Source: Tepidisphaera sp. (GTDB taxonomy: Bacteria; Planctomycetota; Phycisphaerae; Phycisphaerales; UBA1924). From it: a stretch of 64,000 nucleotides of DNA. Below, in pieces: positions 49,024-59,115 of this stretch. Position numbers and translations under genes: made by a program. Numbering within the stretch: the first letter of the stretch is position 1; each line of letters opens with the position of its first letter. Below the pieces are notes generated by a model. The model saw only the letters and a program-made list of their open reading frames with translations. It did not search any database and was not told where the DNA came from. Location: positions 736,001 to 800,000 of the forward strand of contig CP051526.1 of the NCBI GenBank assembly GCA_050916045.1. Reading direction: 5' to 3'.

Positions 49024-49204
49024 TCAGGATCCCCTGCTTTTCGGACCTGCCTCTGCGGGATTTCTTGGTTTTCTTGATGCAGGCGCGTGAGGAACGGCGG
49101 GGGTTGCCGTTCACTTGGATGTCGGGATCACGACCACCAACGCGACGCGAAGGGGTCTGGCCCAAGAACACAACGTGCAACACGCACACAGAAGGAGTTG
49201 TCCC

Positions 49205-49894
49205 ATGGCTACGAAGCTCACGAACGTTGTTGGTTCCGCCCGCACCCTCAAGGCTGCCGCGCTCGCGGCGGCTGTGGTGGCGGGGATGGTGGGGGGAGTG
49301 GGGGCCGCGAACGCCGCCATCACGGGCGTCACCGGGTCCACGACCTGGCTGGGCGTGAACCCGCCCAACGCTCAGCAGTTCAACCTGATGGGCCCCAACG
49401 TGTACGCGTGGAACGAGCAGGTCGCTCCCGCTTCCAACGTGGGTCTCAACCTCTTCGGCAACGGGACGTACACCGGGTTCTCGCCGTACTTCGCCGGGTT
49501 TCTGACCGCGGGAGCGGTCGAGTCGCACATGCTGCACTTTGACCCCGGGGCGGCTCCGCCGTTCGCCGCGGGAAGCGTTAGTTTCTCGGGGACGATCCTC
49601 GGAGCGATCTTCGACGAGACCTTGCTGTCGGCGACAGACGCTTCGCACGGGGCTCTCGGGACGGTGTACGACACGGGGAACCCGTTCCGCAGCTTCGGCG
49701 GGAACGTGCTGGGGAACACGAGCCTGACGATCGCCGGGAACACGATGAGCTTCCAGTTCATGCCCACTCCCGGGCAGATGAACCGGATGTGCGAGGTGCG
49801 GGTCTTCACGCTGGTGCCCACGCCCGGGTCGATCTCGCTCGCCGGTCTGGCGGGGATCGTCGGCCTCCGCCGGGCCCGCCGGGGTCAGGCCTGA
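49205..49894 (+). CDS. PEP-CTERM-like secreted protein
   Basis: AGGAG RBS, signal peptide ...ANA, V.SH.LHFDP, ends [23 protein letters not shown]. Confidence 0.85.
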   Translation: MATKLTNVVGSARTLKAAALAAAVVAGMVGGVGAANAAITGVTGSTTWLGVNPPNAQQFNLMGPNVYAWNEQVAPASNVGLNLFGNGTYTGFSPYFAGFLTAGAVESHMLHFDPGAAPPFAAGSVSFSGTILGAIFDETLLSATDASHGALGTVYDTGNPFRSFGGNVLGNTSLTIAGNTMSFQFMPTPGQMNRMCEVRVFTLVPTPGSISLAGLAGIVGLRRARRGQA

Positions 49895-50106
49895 AGCGTC
49901 TCCCGCACTCGGTGACCTGTTTCCTCAACTTCTCCCCGCGCCTGACGCGCGGGCCCGACCTCTCCCGGGCCTGTGCGTCGCGGCGTTGGTGGCCAAGCCG
50001 ACGTATGCTCTGCGGACCAGGCCCTTGTCCTTTTCCACGGTTAATCCCCGCGCCACGCTGTCCGCTCTTCGCGGATTGCAGCACGACCCATCTCACGGAG
50101 CCCAGC

Positions 50107-50751
50107 ATGGACCTCTACATCGACACCGCCAACATCGACGAGATCAAAGCCGCCCACGCCATGGGTGTGTTGAACGGCGTCACCACCAACCCCTCCCTCA
50201 TCGCCAAGGAGAAGGTTGACTACGGCAAGCGGCTCGAAGAGATCTGCAAGGTCGTCCCCGGCCCCGTCTCCGCCGAGGTGATCGCTCTCGACTTTGACGG
50301 CATGATGAAGGAGGGCAAAGAACGCGCCAAGATCGCCCCCAACATCGTCGTCAAGCTCCCCTCGACCATCGAAGGCCTCAAAGCCTGCAAAGCGATGAGC
50401 GACGAGGGCATCAAGACCAACATGACCCTCTGCTTCCAGGCGATGCAGGCTCTCATGGTCGCCAAAGCCGGCGCGTACCTCGTCAGCCCCTTCGTCGGCC
50501 GCCTCGACGACATCTCGCAGGACGGGATGGACCTCATCCGCCAGATCCGCCAGATCTACGACAACTACGGGTTCCAGACCAAGATCCTCGCCGCTTCCAT
50601 CCGCCACCCGCTCCACATGCTCCAGTGTGCTCTGGCCGGGGCCGATGTCGCGACCGTCCCCTTCTCGGTCATCCAGCAGGTGATGAAGCACCCGCTCACC
50701 GACTCGGGCGTTGAGAAATTCCTCGCGGACTACAAGAAGGCCTTCGGCTAA
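50107..50751 (+). CDS. Transaldolase / fructose-6-phosphate aldolase family (TalC/MipB type)
   Basis: [43 protein letters not shown]. Confidence 0.93.
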   Translation: MDLYIDTANIDEIKAAHAMGVLNGVTTNPSLIAKEKVDYGKRLEEICKVVPGPVSAEVIALDFDGMMKEGKERAKIAPNIVVKLPSTIEGLKACKAMSDEGIKTNMTLCFQAMQALMVAKAGAYLVSPFVGRLDDISQDGMDLIRQIRQIYDNYGFQTKILAASIRHPLHMLQCALAGADVATVPFSVIQQVMKHPLTDSGVEKFLADYKKAFG

Positions 50752-50784
50752 GGCCATCCGGCCACCGCCGACGCACCAAACCCC

Positions 50785-51954
50785 TCAGCTTTCCGCTCCC
50801 TCGCCCGGCCGCTCGTAGCGGATCGTCTTCTTTCCGACCTGCCGCTCGGGTTCGAGCGCGATCGGTGAGAGATCCGCTTCCGCCTGCGTGCGAGGCCCCT
50901 GCACCCGCGGTGCCTGGATCCGCGCCCCCGCGTCCAGCGGGTTCACCGTCCCGATCGCTTCCGCCCGCTTGGCGAACCGCTTGACGTCCCGCGCCGCCCG
51001 GTCCGCCACGCGGATGTCCCGCGCAATCGCCGCCCGCGCCACCTTCAGCGCCCAAAGCGACATCACCGCCACCTGCACCACGCCCACCGCCAGCACCAGC
51101 GCCGACCCCAGCCCGAGGATCGCCCCAAAGACGCCCACCACGACCGTCACGAACGATCCCGTCCCCATCACGATCGACACCCCGAGCATCGGCAGCGCCA
51201 GAAGCATCGCGATCGACGCCCCTCGCATCCACTCCCCCGTCCACTCCGCCCCCGCCCACTCCGACAGCGCCGCGAGCTGTGCGCACACCGGCACCAGCCC
51301 GAGCAGCCCGATCGACAGGCACACCCACGCCGCGATCATCAGCCCCCGCACCAGCTCCTCGTTCACCGGCGTCCCCGCCATCAGCGCCCGCGTCTCCACC
51401 TCCGCCGAAGCCCACGCCAGCGCGACCCCCGCCGCCCATCCCCACTGCGTCAGCCGCGAAGCCCACCGCGACCAGCGCCCCTCCCGCTTGAAGTCCGTCC
51501 GCAGGTCCAGCGATGATTCATGCGGCCGCGTCACGATCCACACACCCGCCGCCCACGCGATCAAGCACACCACCGGCACCGCACGCCTCAGCCCCTGATC
51601 CCCCGCCACCAGCAGCAGCGACACCATCGCGCCCACGCTGCCCAGTGCCGTCGCGATCGATCCTGCCGCAAGCCAACGCAGGTACCACGACGGCGCGTGC
51701 GACAGGTTGTCCGCCAACACCCGCCGCGCCCCGATCGGCACGGGCGTCGCGCACTCCGGACAGCGTCCGCCGCCGGGCAACCCCGTGAGGTCGTACCCGC
51801 ACTGCCGGCATGTCGGCGCTTTGGAGGGCGGCGGCTTGGGTCCGCCGACGGGAGCTTCGCACGCCGGGCACGCTTTCGTCCCCGCGCTCGAGAACCGGTA
51901 CCCGCACTTCCCGCAGAACGGCTCGGCACGAGATGGCGACCCACGCTCGCTCAT
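50785..51954 (-). CDS. Membrane protein with two N-terminal zinc ribbons
   Basis: CGKCGY..CPAC and CRQCGYDLTGL..CPEC; about 6 TM segments. Confidence 0.75.
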   Translation of the reverse strand: MSERGSPSRAEPFCGKCGYRFSSAGTKACPACEAPVGGPKPPPSKAPTCRQCGYDLTGLPGGGRCPECATPVPIGARRVLADNLSHAPSWYLRWLAAGSIATALGSVGAMVSLLLVAGDQGLRRAVPVVCLIAWAAGVWIVTRPHESSLDLRTDFKREGRWSRWASRLTQWGWAAGVALAWASAEVETRALMAGTPVNEELVRGLMIAAWVCLSIGLLGLVPVCAQLAALSEWAGAEWTGEWMRGASIAMLLALPMLGVSIVMGTGSFVTVVVGVFGAILGLGSALVLAVGVVQVAVMSLWALKVARAAIARDIRVADRAARDVKRFAKRAEAIGTVNPLDAGARIQAPRVQGPRTQAEADLSPIALEPERQVGKKTIRYERPGEGAES

Positions 51955-52006
51955 AAAGATTGATACCCCGCGCCGCCCGGCCCGGATGCAACGCCCGCCA
52001 GTCCCG

Positions 52007-52825
52007 CTACCGCACCCACGCCCCCGAAGCCGCTTCCACCGCGTTCATGAACATCCGCGCTCCCGGCGTCGGAAGCTTGAGCAGATCCTTCGGAAGCCGC
52101 GTCCAGTACGGGTGCCGCGTCCACTCCAAAAACCGCTCCGGGTGCGGCATCAAGCCGAAAATCCGCCCCGAAGCGTCCGTCACGCCCGCCACCGCGTCCG
52201 TGCTCCCGTTGTAATTGTCCAGATACCGCACCGCGATCTGCCCGTTCTGCGACAGCCGCGCAAGCGTCCCCGCCTCACCGGAGATGAGCCGACCCTCCCC
52301 GTGCGCGACGGGCAAAATCGCCGCATCCCGCCGCAACTCCTCCGGAATCTCATCCAGCACCCCCCGCGTCCACACGCACGACGAATCGCTCGGATACTCC
52401 ACCGGCACCCACCGATCGACGAACCGCCCCCCGATGTTGTCCGTGAGCGCAAGCTCCTGCGTCGGTGCCGCCTCCCGCGGCCATTCCTCGCCCCGGGCCG
52501 GCCCCGGCAAGAGCCCCACCTGCACCGCCACCTGGAACCCGTTGCACGGCGCGAACACCGGCGCCCCGCGTGCGATCGCATCCCGGAGCGGGCCGTAAAG
52601 CCGTTCCCGCACCTTCATCGCGAAGATCCGCCCCGAAGCGATGTCGTCCCCGTACGAAAACCCTCCCGGAATGCCCAAAAGATCGGCTTTCGCGAGCGGC
52701 GAAGGGTCGCGCACGAGCGATTCGAGGTGGACAAGCTCCACCGTCGCGCCCGCTTTCGCGTACCCGCGGCAAAGCTCCTGATCACAGTTGGTCCCGGGGG
52801 CTCGAATCACGACGGCGTGCGGCAT
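52007..52825 (-). CDS. purQ: Phosphoribosylformylglycinamidine synthase, glutaminase subunit
   Basis: PGTNCD.E, PGGFSYGD, CNGFQ, PVAHGEG, NGS...AG, MPHPER. Confidence 0.93.
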   Translation of the reverse strand: MPHAVVIRAPGTNCDQELCRGYAKAGATVELVHLESLVRDPSPLAKADLLGIPGGFSYGDDIASGRIFAMKVRERLYGPLRDAIARGAPVFAPCNGFQVAVQVGLLPGPARGEEWPREAAPTQELALTDNIGGRFVDRWVPVEYPSDSSCVWTRGVLDEIPEELRRDAAILPVAHGEGRLISGEAGTLARLSQNGQIAVRYLDNYNGSTDAVAGVTDASGRIFGLMPHPERFLEWTRHPYWTRLPKDLLKLPTPGARMFMNAVEAASGAWVR

Positions 52826-52919
52826 GGCCCATCGTATTCCGCCCGCCCGCCGCCGCACCCCCACGCCCCGATCACGGTGCTTTCATCCCCGCGCCACCTC
52901 GTTCCCGTACGATCCGGGC

Positions 52920-53303
52920 ATGATCAAAGCCTACCTCCTCTTCAACGCCATCGCCTACATCGGGTTCGCCCTCTGGTGCACCGTCGCCCCCGAGAAGACC
53001 TCCAATGCGATCGGCCTCCAGTTCCGAAACGGCTCGGGCAAGAGCGAGTACATCACCGTCTACGGCGGCCTCGAGATGGGCGTCGCCGCGTTCTTCCTGG
53101 TCGCCGGCCTGATGCCGAAGTATCAGGAAGCCGGCTTGCTCTTCTCACTCCTCTTCTACGCGGGTTTGGTCGTCTTCCGTGCGTACTCCTTCGCGACCGT
53201 CCCCGGCATCGAACGCGTGACGTACTACTTCGCGGGCTTGGAACTGATCCTCGGCCTGATCGCGGCGGGGCTCTGGTTCTTCCCCTCGGGGGCCCGTTCG
53301 TAA
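52920..53303 (+). CDS. Small membrane protein (DUF4345-like)
   Basis: 4 TM segments; SE...VYGGL..G motif. Confidence 0.7.
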   Translation: MIKAYLLFNAIAYIGFALWCTVAPEKTSNAIGLQFRNGSGKSEYITVYGGLEMGVAAFFLVAGLMPKYQEAGLLFSLLFYAGLVVFRAYSFATVPGIERVTYYFAGLELILGLIAAGLWFFPSGARS

Positions 53304-53366
53304 CAGATCCTTACGCACCGCGAGCCAAAACACCCGATCCAACACGAGTTGTGGTAAGCTCTCGCG

Positions 53367-53723
53367 ATGGAAAACCGGAAACCCACGGCGGCTCGAGCGG
53401 CGGCGGTGCTCTGCTCGTTGGCTCTGGCCAGCGCGTACGTCGCGTACCGATCCGGTGCCATGACGCCCGCCGGGCCCAAGCCCGCTCCAGCTCAGGACCA
53501 GCCTCTCGATGAGGCGGAGATCGACCGGCTGCTTGAGGAAACCCAGAACGACCGCCGCATGATGGGCGGCTCCAAGTCCGGCATCATCTTCCAGCCCAAG
53601 GACGCTCCGAAGGACACGCCCAAGGACCCGCCCAAGCACATGGGCGGCAGCAAGAGGGGCATCATCGTCGAGCCCGCCGACCTCAAACCCAAAGCACCCG
53701 CTCAGCCGTCGTCGCCCAAGTGA
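53367..53723 (+). CDS. Small exported protein with a twice-repeated MGGSK(S/R)GII motif
   Basis: N-terminal TM/signal segment (AYVAYRSG), Pro-rich linkers, MMGGSKSGIIFQP and HMGGSKRGIIVEP. Confidence 0.7.
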   Translation: MENRKPTAARAAAVLCSLALASAYVAYRSGAMTPAGPKPAPAQDQPLDEAEIDRLLEETQNDRRMMGGSKSGIIFQPKDAPKDTPKDPPKHMGGSKRGIIVEPADLKPKAPAQPSSPK

Positions 53724-53742
53724 CCACCCCGCGAGGTGAACG

Positions 53743-54579
53743 ATGGATGTCCCCGCCCTGCTCCTCGCCGCGACCCTGAGCTTCTTCTTCCTCACGCTCG
53801 TTTTCGTCCCGCTCGAGCGTGCTTTCCCCGCCAAGCCCGGCCAGAAGCTCTTCCGCCCCGCCTGGTTCACCGACCTCTGCTTCCTCGCGGGTCAGTACCT
53901 GCTCTGGAACACGCTCATCTTCTGGCTTCTCTCGCTCGAAAGCGGATGGCTCGACGCCGTCATGCCCCGCGGGTTCAGCGACGCCGTCGCGTCCCAGCCG
54001 TGGTGGCTTCAAGCGATCGAGGTCGTCCTGCTCAGCGACTTCTTCGTCTACTGGGGCCACCGCCTGCAGCACCGCGTCCCGCTCCTCTGGCGGTTCCACT
54101 CGGTGCACCATTCCTCCGAGCACCTGGACTATCTCGCGGCCCACCGCGAGCACCCGCTCGACACGGTCTACACGCTGACGCTCATCAATCTCCCGGCGTT
54201 CATCCTCGGCTTCCCGCTCGAAACGCTCGCGGGATTGATCGCGTTCCGCGGGATCTGGGCGATCTACATCCATTCGAACGTGCGGCTGCCCATCGGCCCG
54301 CTCCGCATGCTCATCGGCGCGCCGGAGCTTCACCACTGGCACCACGACCGCGACCGCGATGCCGGCAACTACGCCAACATCTCGCCGCTGATGGACCTGC
54401 TCTTCGGCACCTACCGCTGCCCCGACCACGAGCCGCATCGCTTCGGCATCGATGAGCCCGTCCCCGCAACCTACCTCGGCCACGTGGTCGGCCCTTTCCT
54501 GCCGGCCCAGTCACCATTCGCTGCAGATCCGGCTTCCGCCCTCAACTCCCGCCCCGATCCGGTCGATAACCCTCCGTGA
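53743..54579 (+). CDS. Sterol desaturase / fatty acid hydroxylase family membrane di-iron enzyme
   Basis: YWGHRLQH, FHSVHHS, HSN, HHWHH, NYA...D.LFGT. Confidence 0.92.
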   Translation: MDVPALLLAATLSFFFLTLVFVPLERAFPAKPGQKLFRPAWFTDLCFLAGQYLLWNTLIFWLLSLESGWLDAVMPRGFSDAVASQPWWLQAIEVVLLSDFFVYWGHRLQHRVPLLWRFHSVHHSSEHLDYLAAHREHPLDTVYTLTLINLPAFILGFPLETLAGLIAFRGIWAIYIHSNVRLPIGPLRMLIGAPELHHWHHDRDRDAGNYANISPLMDLLFGTYRCPDHEPHRFGIDEPVPATYLGHVVGPFLPAQSPFAADPASALNSRPDPVDNPP

Positions 54580-54635
54580 ACACCACCCGAACTCCCGCCG
54601 CTTCCGCGCGTGCCGCGTCTCTACCATCCGCCCGC

Positions 54636-55877
54636 ATGGCGACCAGCTTTCCCAAAGACAAGATCAACGTCCTCCTCCTCGAAAGCGTCCACCCGCACGG
54701 GGTTGAGCTCTTCAAAGCCGACGGGTTCAGCGTCCAGACGGTCGCCGCGAGCCCGGACCCGGCCGCTCTCCCCGCCATGCTCGCGAACACGCACGTCCTG
54801 GGCCTCCGCTCCAAGACCCAGCTCACGAGCGAGCTGATCGCCGCTTCGCCCAAGCTCCTCGCGGTGGGCTGCTTCTGCATCGGGACCGACCAGGTCGACC
54901 TCCCGACCGCCGCGTCGCGCGGGATCCCGGTCTTCAACTCCCCCTTCGGCAACACCCGCTCGGTCGCGGAGCTCACCATCGCCGAAATCGTGGCGCTCTA
55001 CCGCCAGCTTCTGCCCAAGAGCATCGGCATGCACGCGGGAGCGTGGGACAAGTCCGCTTCCGGCTGCCACGAGGTCCGCGGCAAGACGCTCGGCCTCGTC
55101 GGCTACGGCCACATCGGCTCGCAGGTCTCCGTGCTCGCCGAAGCCATGGGCATGCGGGTAATCTACTTCGACATCGTCCCCAAGCTGCCCCTGGGCAATG
55201 CCCGGGCCGTCCGCTCGCTCGCCGACCTGCTTCAGCAAGCCGACGTCGTGAGCTTGCACGTCCCCGCGACCGACCAGACCGAGGGGATGATCGGTGAGCG
55301 CGAGCTCGCGATGATGAAGAAGGGCTCGTACCTCATCAACAACGCCCGCGGCTTGGTCGTCAACATCCCCGCCCTCGCCAAAGCCCTGAAAGCGAGCCAC
55401 CTCGCGGGCGCTGCCCTCGATGTCTTCCCCGTCGAACCCGCCGGCAAGAACGAACCGTTCGTCAGCGACCTTCGCGGGATTTCCAACGTGATCCTGACGC
55501 CCCACGTCGGCGGAAGCACCGCCGAAGCTCAGGAATCGATCGCCGACGATGTCGCTCGCAAACTCATGAGCCACATCAACACCGGCTCGACGACCGGCGC
55601 GGTCAACGTCCCGCAGGTTGAGTTGCCAAGCCAGGGCGACGCCGATGCGGCATCACGCCCGCACCGCATCCTGCACTTCCACCGCAACGTCCCCGGCGTC
55701 CTGAGCAAGATGCACGCCCTGATCGCCCAGCTCGGCGCGAACATCAACGCCGAATATCTGCGCACGAACGCGGACTTGGGCTACGTCGTCCTCGACGTCG
55801 ATCCGACCAACGCCGAGCCGATCCTGGCCGGCCTGCGCCAGATCCCCGAGACCATCCGCGTCCGCGTCCTCTGGTAA
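54636..55877 (+). CDS. serA: D-3-phosphoglycerate dehydrogenase
   Basis: RSKT, CIGTDQVD, NTRSVAEL, GYGHIG, NARG, TPHVGGST.EAQ, C-terminal ACT domain (H.NVPGVL). Confidence 0.95.
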   Translation: MATSFPKDKINVLLLESVHPHGVELFKADGFSVQTVAASPDPAALPAMLANTHVLGLRSKTQLTSELIAASPKLLAVGCFCIGTDQVDLPTAASRGIPVFNSPFGNTRSVAELTIAEIVALYRQLLPKSIGMHAGAWDKSASGCHEVRGKTLGLVGYGHIGSQVSVLAEAMGMRVIYFDIVPKLPLGNARAVRSLADLLQQADVVSLHVPATDQTEGMIGERELAMMKKGSYLINNARGLVVNIPALAKALKASHLAGAALDVFPVEPAGKNEPFVSDLRGISNVILTPHVGGSTAEAQESIADDVARKLMSHINTGSTTGAVNVPQVELPSQGDADAASRPHRILHFHRNVPGVLSKMHALIAQLGANINAEYLRTNADLGYVVLDVDPTNAEPILAGLRQIPETIRVRVLW

Positions 55878-55889
55878 GCCCCCGCTCGC

Positions 55890-56270
55890 TCAGCCCCGGG
55901 CCGAAGCGTGCACCGCGAGGAGCAGGACCCGCCGCCCCTCGGGCGTCAGGTCGATGAACTCAAGCCCGACGCGGTGGTGCAGCAAGCCGTCCATCTTCGA
56001 CCACTCCACCCGCGTCTGCACATCAAACCCGCCGTCGAATGTGGGCACCTTCAGCACCACCACGCTCCCCACGCGCGGGCTGCGAAGCCCCGTGCGCACG
56101 AGCAATCCCGATGCCGAGATGTTCATCACCGACCCGAGCGTGCACTCGACGTCCTCGCACCGAACCCGGCCGTGGCGGCGGTTGTTCTTGACGGCGGGAC
56201 CCTTCCCGTTGGAACGACCTTCGGCGGTGCTTTCGGTGGGTGGGTGTACGGTGAGAAAGTGGTCCTGCAT
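55890..56270 (-). CDS. PilZ domain protein
   Basis: RRHGR (RxxxR), NISASG, V.W, VGLEF. Confidence 0.8.
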   Translation of the reverse strand: MQDHFLTVHPPTESTAEGRSNGKGPAVKNNRRHGRVRCEDVECTLGSVMNISASGLLVRTGLRSPRVGSVVVLKVPTFDGGFDVQTRVEWSKMDGLLHHRVGLEFIDLTPEGRRVLLLAVHASARG

Positions 56271-56364
56271 GGCAGGGAAACATCGGCCCGGAACGGGCGG
56301 TCAATCAGACAACTCGCGGGGGGCGGGGCAGCTTTAGCGTCGCGGGCGCGCCAACAGTTGCGTT

Positions 56365-57435
56365 ATGAGCCCTTCGCCCATCGGCCCGGTGATGATCTCC
56401 TCCTGGAACGGCGTGCCTGCGGTGACCCGTGCGGCGGCGTTGCTTGCTTCCGGGACCGATGTGCTGGACGCGATGGTCGCCGGGATCGCGCTCGTCGAGG
56501 ATGATCCGGACGAGCTTTCGGTCGGGTACGGCGGGCTTCCCAACGAGGACGGCGTGGTCGAGCTCGATGCGGCGGTGATGGATGGGCGTCGGCACCGGGC
56601 GGGGGGCGTGGCGGGCGTGCGCGGGTTCCGGCATGTCGCCAAGCTCGCGCTCGAGGTGCTTCGACGCACGGACCACACGCTTCTGGTCGGAGAAGGAGCT
56701 TCGAAGTTCGCGCGGGCCCTCGGGTTTCCGGAAGAGAACCTGCTCACCGAGAAAGCTCGCAAAGCCTGGCTTGACTGGAAAGCGTCGCTGTCAACCAAAG
56801 ACGGCTGGCTCAGCCCCGAGGAACTCGAGGGAGCCGCCGGCAGCGGGTTCGGCCATTCGCTTTGGGCCGGCAACACCGACCCCACCAAGAACCAAGCCGT
56901 GAACCAAGCGGCCGCGCCCGCTCCGGGCGATGGAAAGACCGCGTCCAAGGTCCCTTTCACGTACGGCACGATCCACCTCTCGGCGCTCACCGCGGCCGGC
57001 GACCTCGCGAGCGTCACGAGCACATCGGGCCTGTCGTACAAGATCGCGGGCCGCGTGGGTGATTCCCCGATCGTCGGAGCGGGGTTGTACACGGATAACG
57101 CGGTTGGGTCGGCGGGCGCGACGGGCCGAGGGGAAGCGACGCTCCAAGCGTGCGCGGCCCACAGCGTCGTGCTCCACATGGACCGCGGCGACACGCCGGA
57201 GGAAGCGTGCTTGCGGGTGCTGAGATCAATCGCCGACCGCACGCGCGAGAAACGGCTCTTGGACGCCCGCGGCCGACCTGTCTTCAACGTGACGATGTAC
57301 GCCGTGCGAAAGGACGGCCTCACCGGCTCAGCCTCGATGCACGAGGGGTACGAGCACGTCGTATGGAGCGGGGGGAAGGCGGAGGTGAGGAAGAGTGGGT
57401 GGTTGTACGAGAAAGTCGACCGTTCGTCGTCGTGA
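56365..57435 (+). CDS. N(4)-(beta-N-acetylglucosaminyl)-L-asparaginase / isoaspartyl peptidase (Ntn hydrolase)
   Basis: SVGYGGLP, LDAAVMDG, GTI nucleophile, TSTSG, GRVGDSPI.GAG, ATG.GE. Confidence 0.9.
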   Translation: MSPSPIGPVMISSWNGVPAVTRAAALLASGTDVLDAMVAGIALVEDDPDELSVGYGGLPNEDGVVELDAAVMDGRRHRAGGVAGVRGFRHVAKLALEVLRRTDHTLLVGEGASKFARALGFPEENLLTEKARKAWLDWKASLSTKDGWLSPEELEGAAGSGFGHSLWAGNTDPTKNQAVNQAAAPAPGDGKTASKVPFTYGTIHLSALTAAGDLASVTSTSGLSYKIAGRVGDSPIVGAGLYTDNAVGSAGATGRGEATLQACAAHSVVLHMDRGDTPEEACLRVLRSIADRTREKRLLDARGRPVFNVTMYAVRKDGLTGSASMHEGYEHVVWSGGKAEVRKSGWLYEKVDRSSS

Positions 57436-57539
57436 ATTGTCGCATTCACGCGCCGTGGCGTCGGCTTTGACAGTCGCTCGATGGCGGGCCTGAGGAGCGG
57501 CCGGGCGTCTGAGACCCGCTCACTTGCGCTCGGGGCTCA

Positions 57540-58745
57540 TCAGGGCTTCCACGTCGCTTGCGGCAGGGCTTTCGGCATGCCCAAGCTCAGCATCGCGAAC
57601 GCGGTTCCGTACGCGGAGGATCTCGTAAAGACGCGGTCGTTCCAGGAGCCGTCGGGGCTCCGCACGCTCATGAGAAGGTCGTTGATCCGCTTGCGATACT
57701 CGGCCCGTTCGTTCTCGGGGAGCAGTTCCACCGCGCGGGCCGCGTAGTGGTGCGCGAACATGAAGTAGTACGGAGCAACCGCGTACGGGCCCACGTGCGT
57801 CCCCGTCTTGGCCCGGCGATCATCGATCCACTTCCAGTGCACGATGAACGCATCCACCGCGCCCCGCACCCGGTCCACCGAGCCGCGGCCGCCCTCGACG
57901 AGGGCTGACTCGACGGCGCACATGCGGCCGATGGCGCCGGGGGTACGGTCGCCGTTGCTGGTGCCGCTGGCGCGGCGCGGGTCGATCGAGTACGTCACGT
58001 TGCCCGCCGGTCCGCGTGAGCGTTCCAAGCAGTCCAGTGCGCGGTTCACGACGGCCGCGTCGACCTCGTACCCGGCGGCTTTGGCTTCGTAGAGCGATTC
58101 CAAGCACGCCGCGGTCATGAAACTCGACGGAGCGGCGACCTTCGCACGGCCCGCGGGCCTTGCGTAGTTCCATCCACCCACCTCGGGGATCTCAGTCTTC
58201 TGCATCGCGTCGAGGTACCACTTCGCGGCGGTCTCGGCGGCCTGGGCCCTTCCCTCGGGCATGAGGTTCGCACGCTTGAGGATGCTGAGCGTTCGAAGCC
58301 CGTAGCAGTAGCCCCAGCCGCGGACGTCGTAGCCGGCGTCGTACTCGGCTTCGGACATCAGGGGGTGCTCGCGGGTGGCGATGATGAAGTCGACCGCTTT
58401 CGCGACGGCTTCCTTCGCAGCGGCGTTCTCGGCGTAGCCGGGGGCTTTGATCAAGCTCTCAACGACGATCGCGGTTCCGCCGATGCGGTAGGCGACGGGG
58501 ATGTCACCGCCCACGCGGTAGACGCCCTCGTAGGGCCACTCGGGGCCGTCGGGCGTCTTGGGCGGCTCCTTGGCTTTGGGGTCGTAGGTGTGCTGGAGAG
58601 CGATCAGCCGCGCGGTGCCCTGCGCGAAAGCCTCTTCCATCGAGACGCTCGCGGGTTTGGCGGCCGCGGGCGCGGTGGGAGCGGCGGCTTCGGGTTGAAC
58701 CGGGAAGGGGAGGGACGCGGCGGCGAGGATCAGCGGCAGGAGCAT
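57540..58745 (-). CDS. Secreted prenyltransferase/squalene-oxidase-repeat (alpha/alpha barrel) protein
   Basis: Signal peptide; GGWNY, YYF.FAHHY, DGSWND, YGTAFA.L.L. Confidence 0.72.
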   Translation of the reverse strand: MLLPLILAAASLPFPVQPEAAAPTAPAAAKPASVSMEEAFAQGTARLIALQHTYDPKAKEPPKTPDGPEWPYEGVYRVGGDIPVAYRIGGTAIVVESLIKAPGYAENAAAKEAVAKAVDFIIATREHPLMSEAEYDAGYDVRGWGYCYGLRTLSILKRANLMPEGRAQAAETAAKWYLDAMQKTEIPEVGGWNYARPAGRAKVAAPSSFMTAACLESLYEAKAAGYEVDAAVVNRALDCLERSRGPAGNVTYSIDPRRASGTSNGDRTPGAIGRMCAVESALVEGGRGSVDRVRGAVDAFIVHWKWIDDRRAKTGTHVGPYAVAPYYFMFAHHYAARAVELLPENERAEYRKRINDLLMSVRSPDGSWNDRVFTRSSAYGTAFAMLSLGMPKALPQATWKP

Positions 58746-59115
58746 GGCTTCAGGATACCGCCAAACCGATCGGACGGGAATCCTGTCGTCGCGGGCTTCG
58801 AAAGGCGGGCCCTGGGGCGTCGGACGCCTGAGAGAGGCGGAGGGTGGGGCCGCGAGTCCTCCCCTCCGAACGGTTGGAACTCGCCCGAAGTACACGCGGC
58901 CCCACCGACCGCCCCCTTCGCGCGAACAAGCGACGGCGGGACAGTCGGGGTCGTGGGATTCGCCTTTACAAACGAAAGCGGCGCTCCCGGCTCACGCGAA
59001 TCGCGAGAAAAATCTCTGCGGCCGCCCGTTTCTCCACGGACCAAACAAAACGCCCGGCCAAGGGGCCGGGCGATCGATCTCGGAAGCTCGTCCTAGGTCT
59101 TGAATCTGTCGAGGC

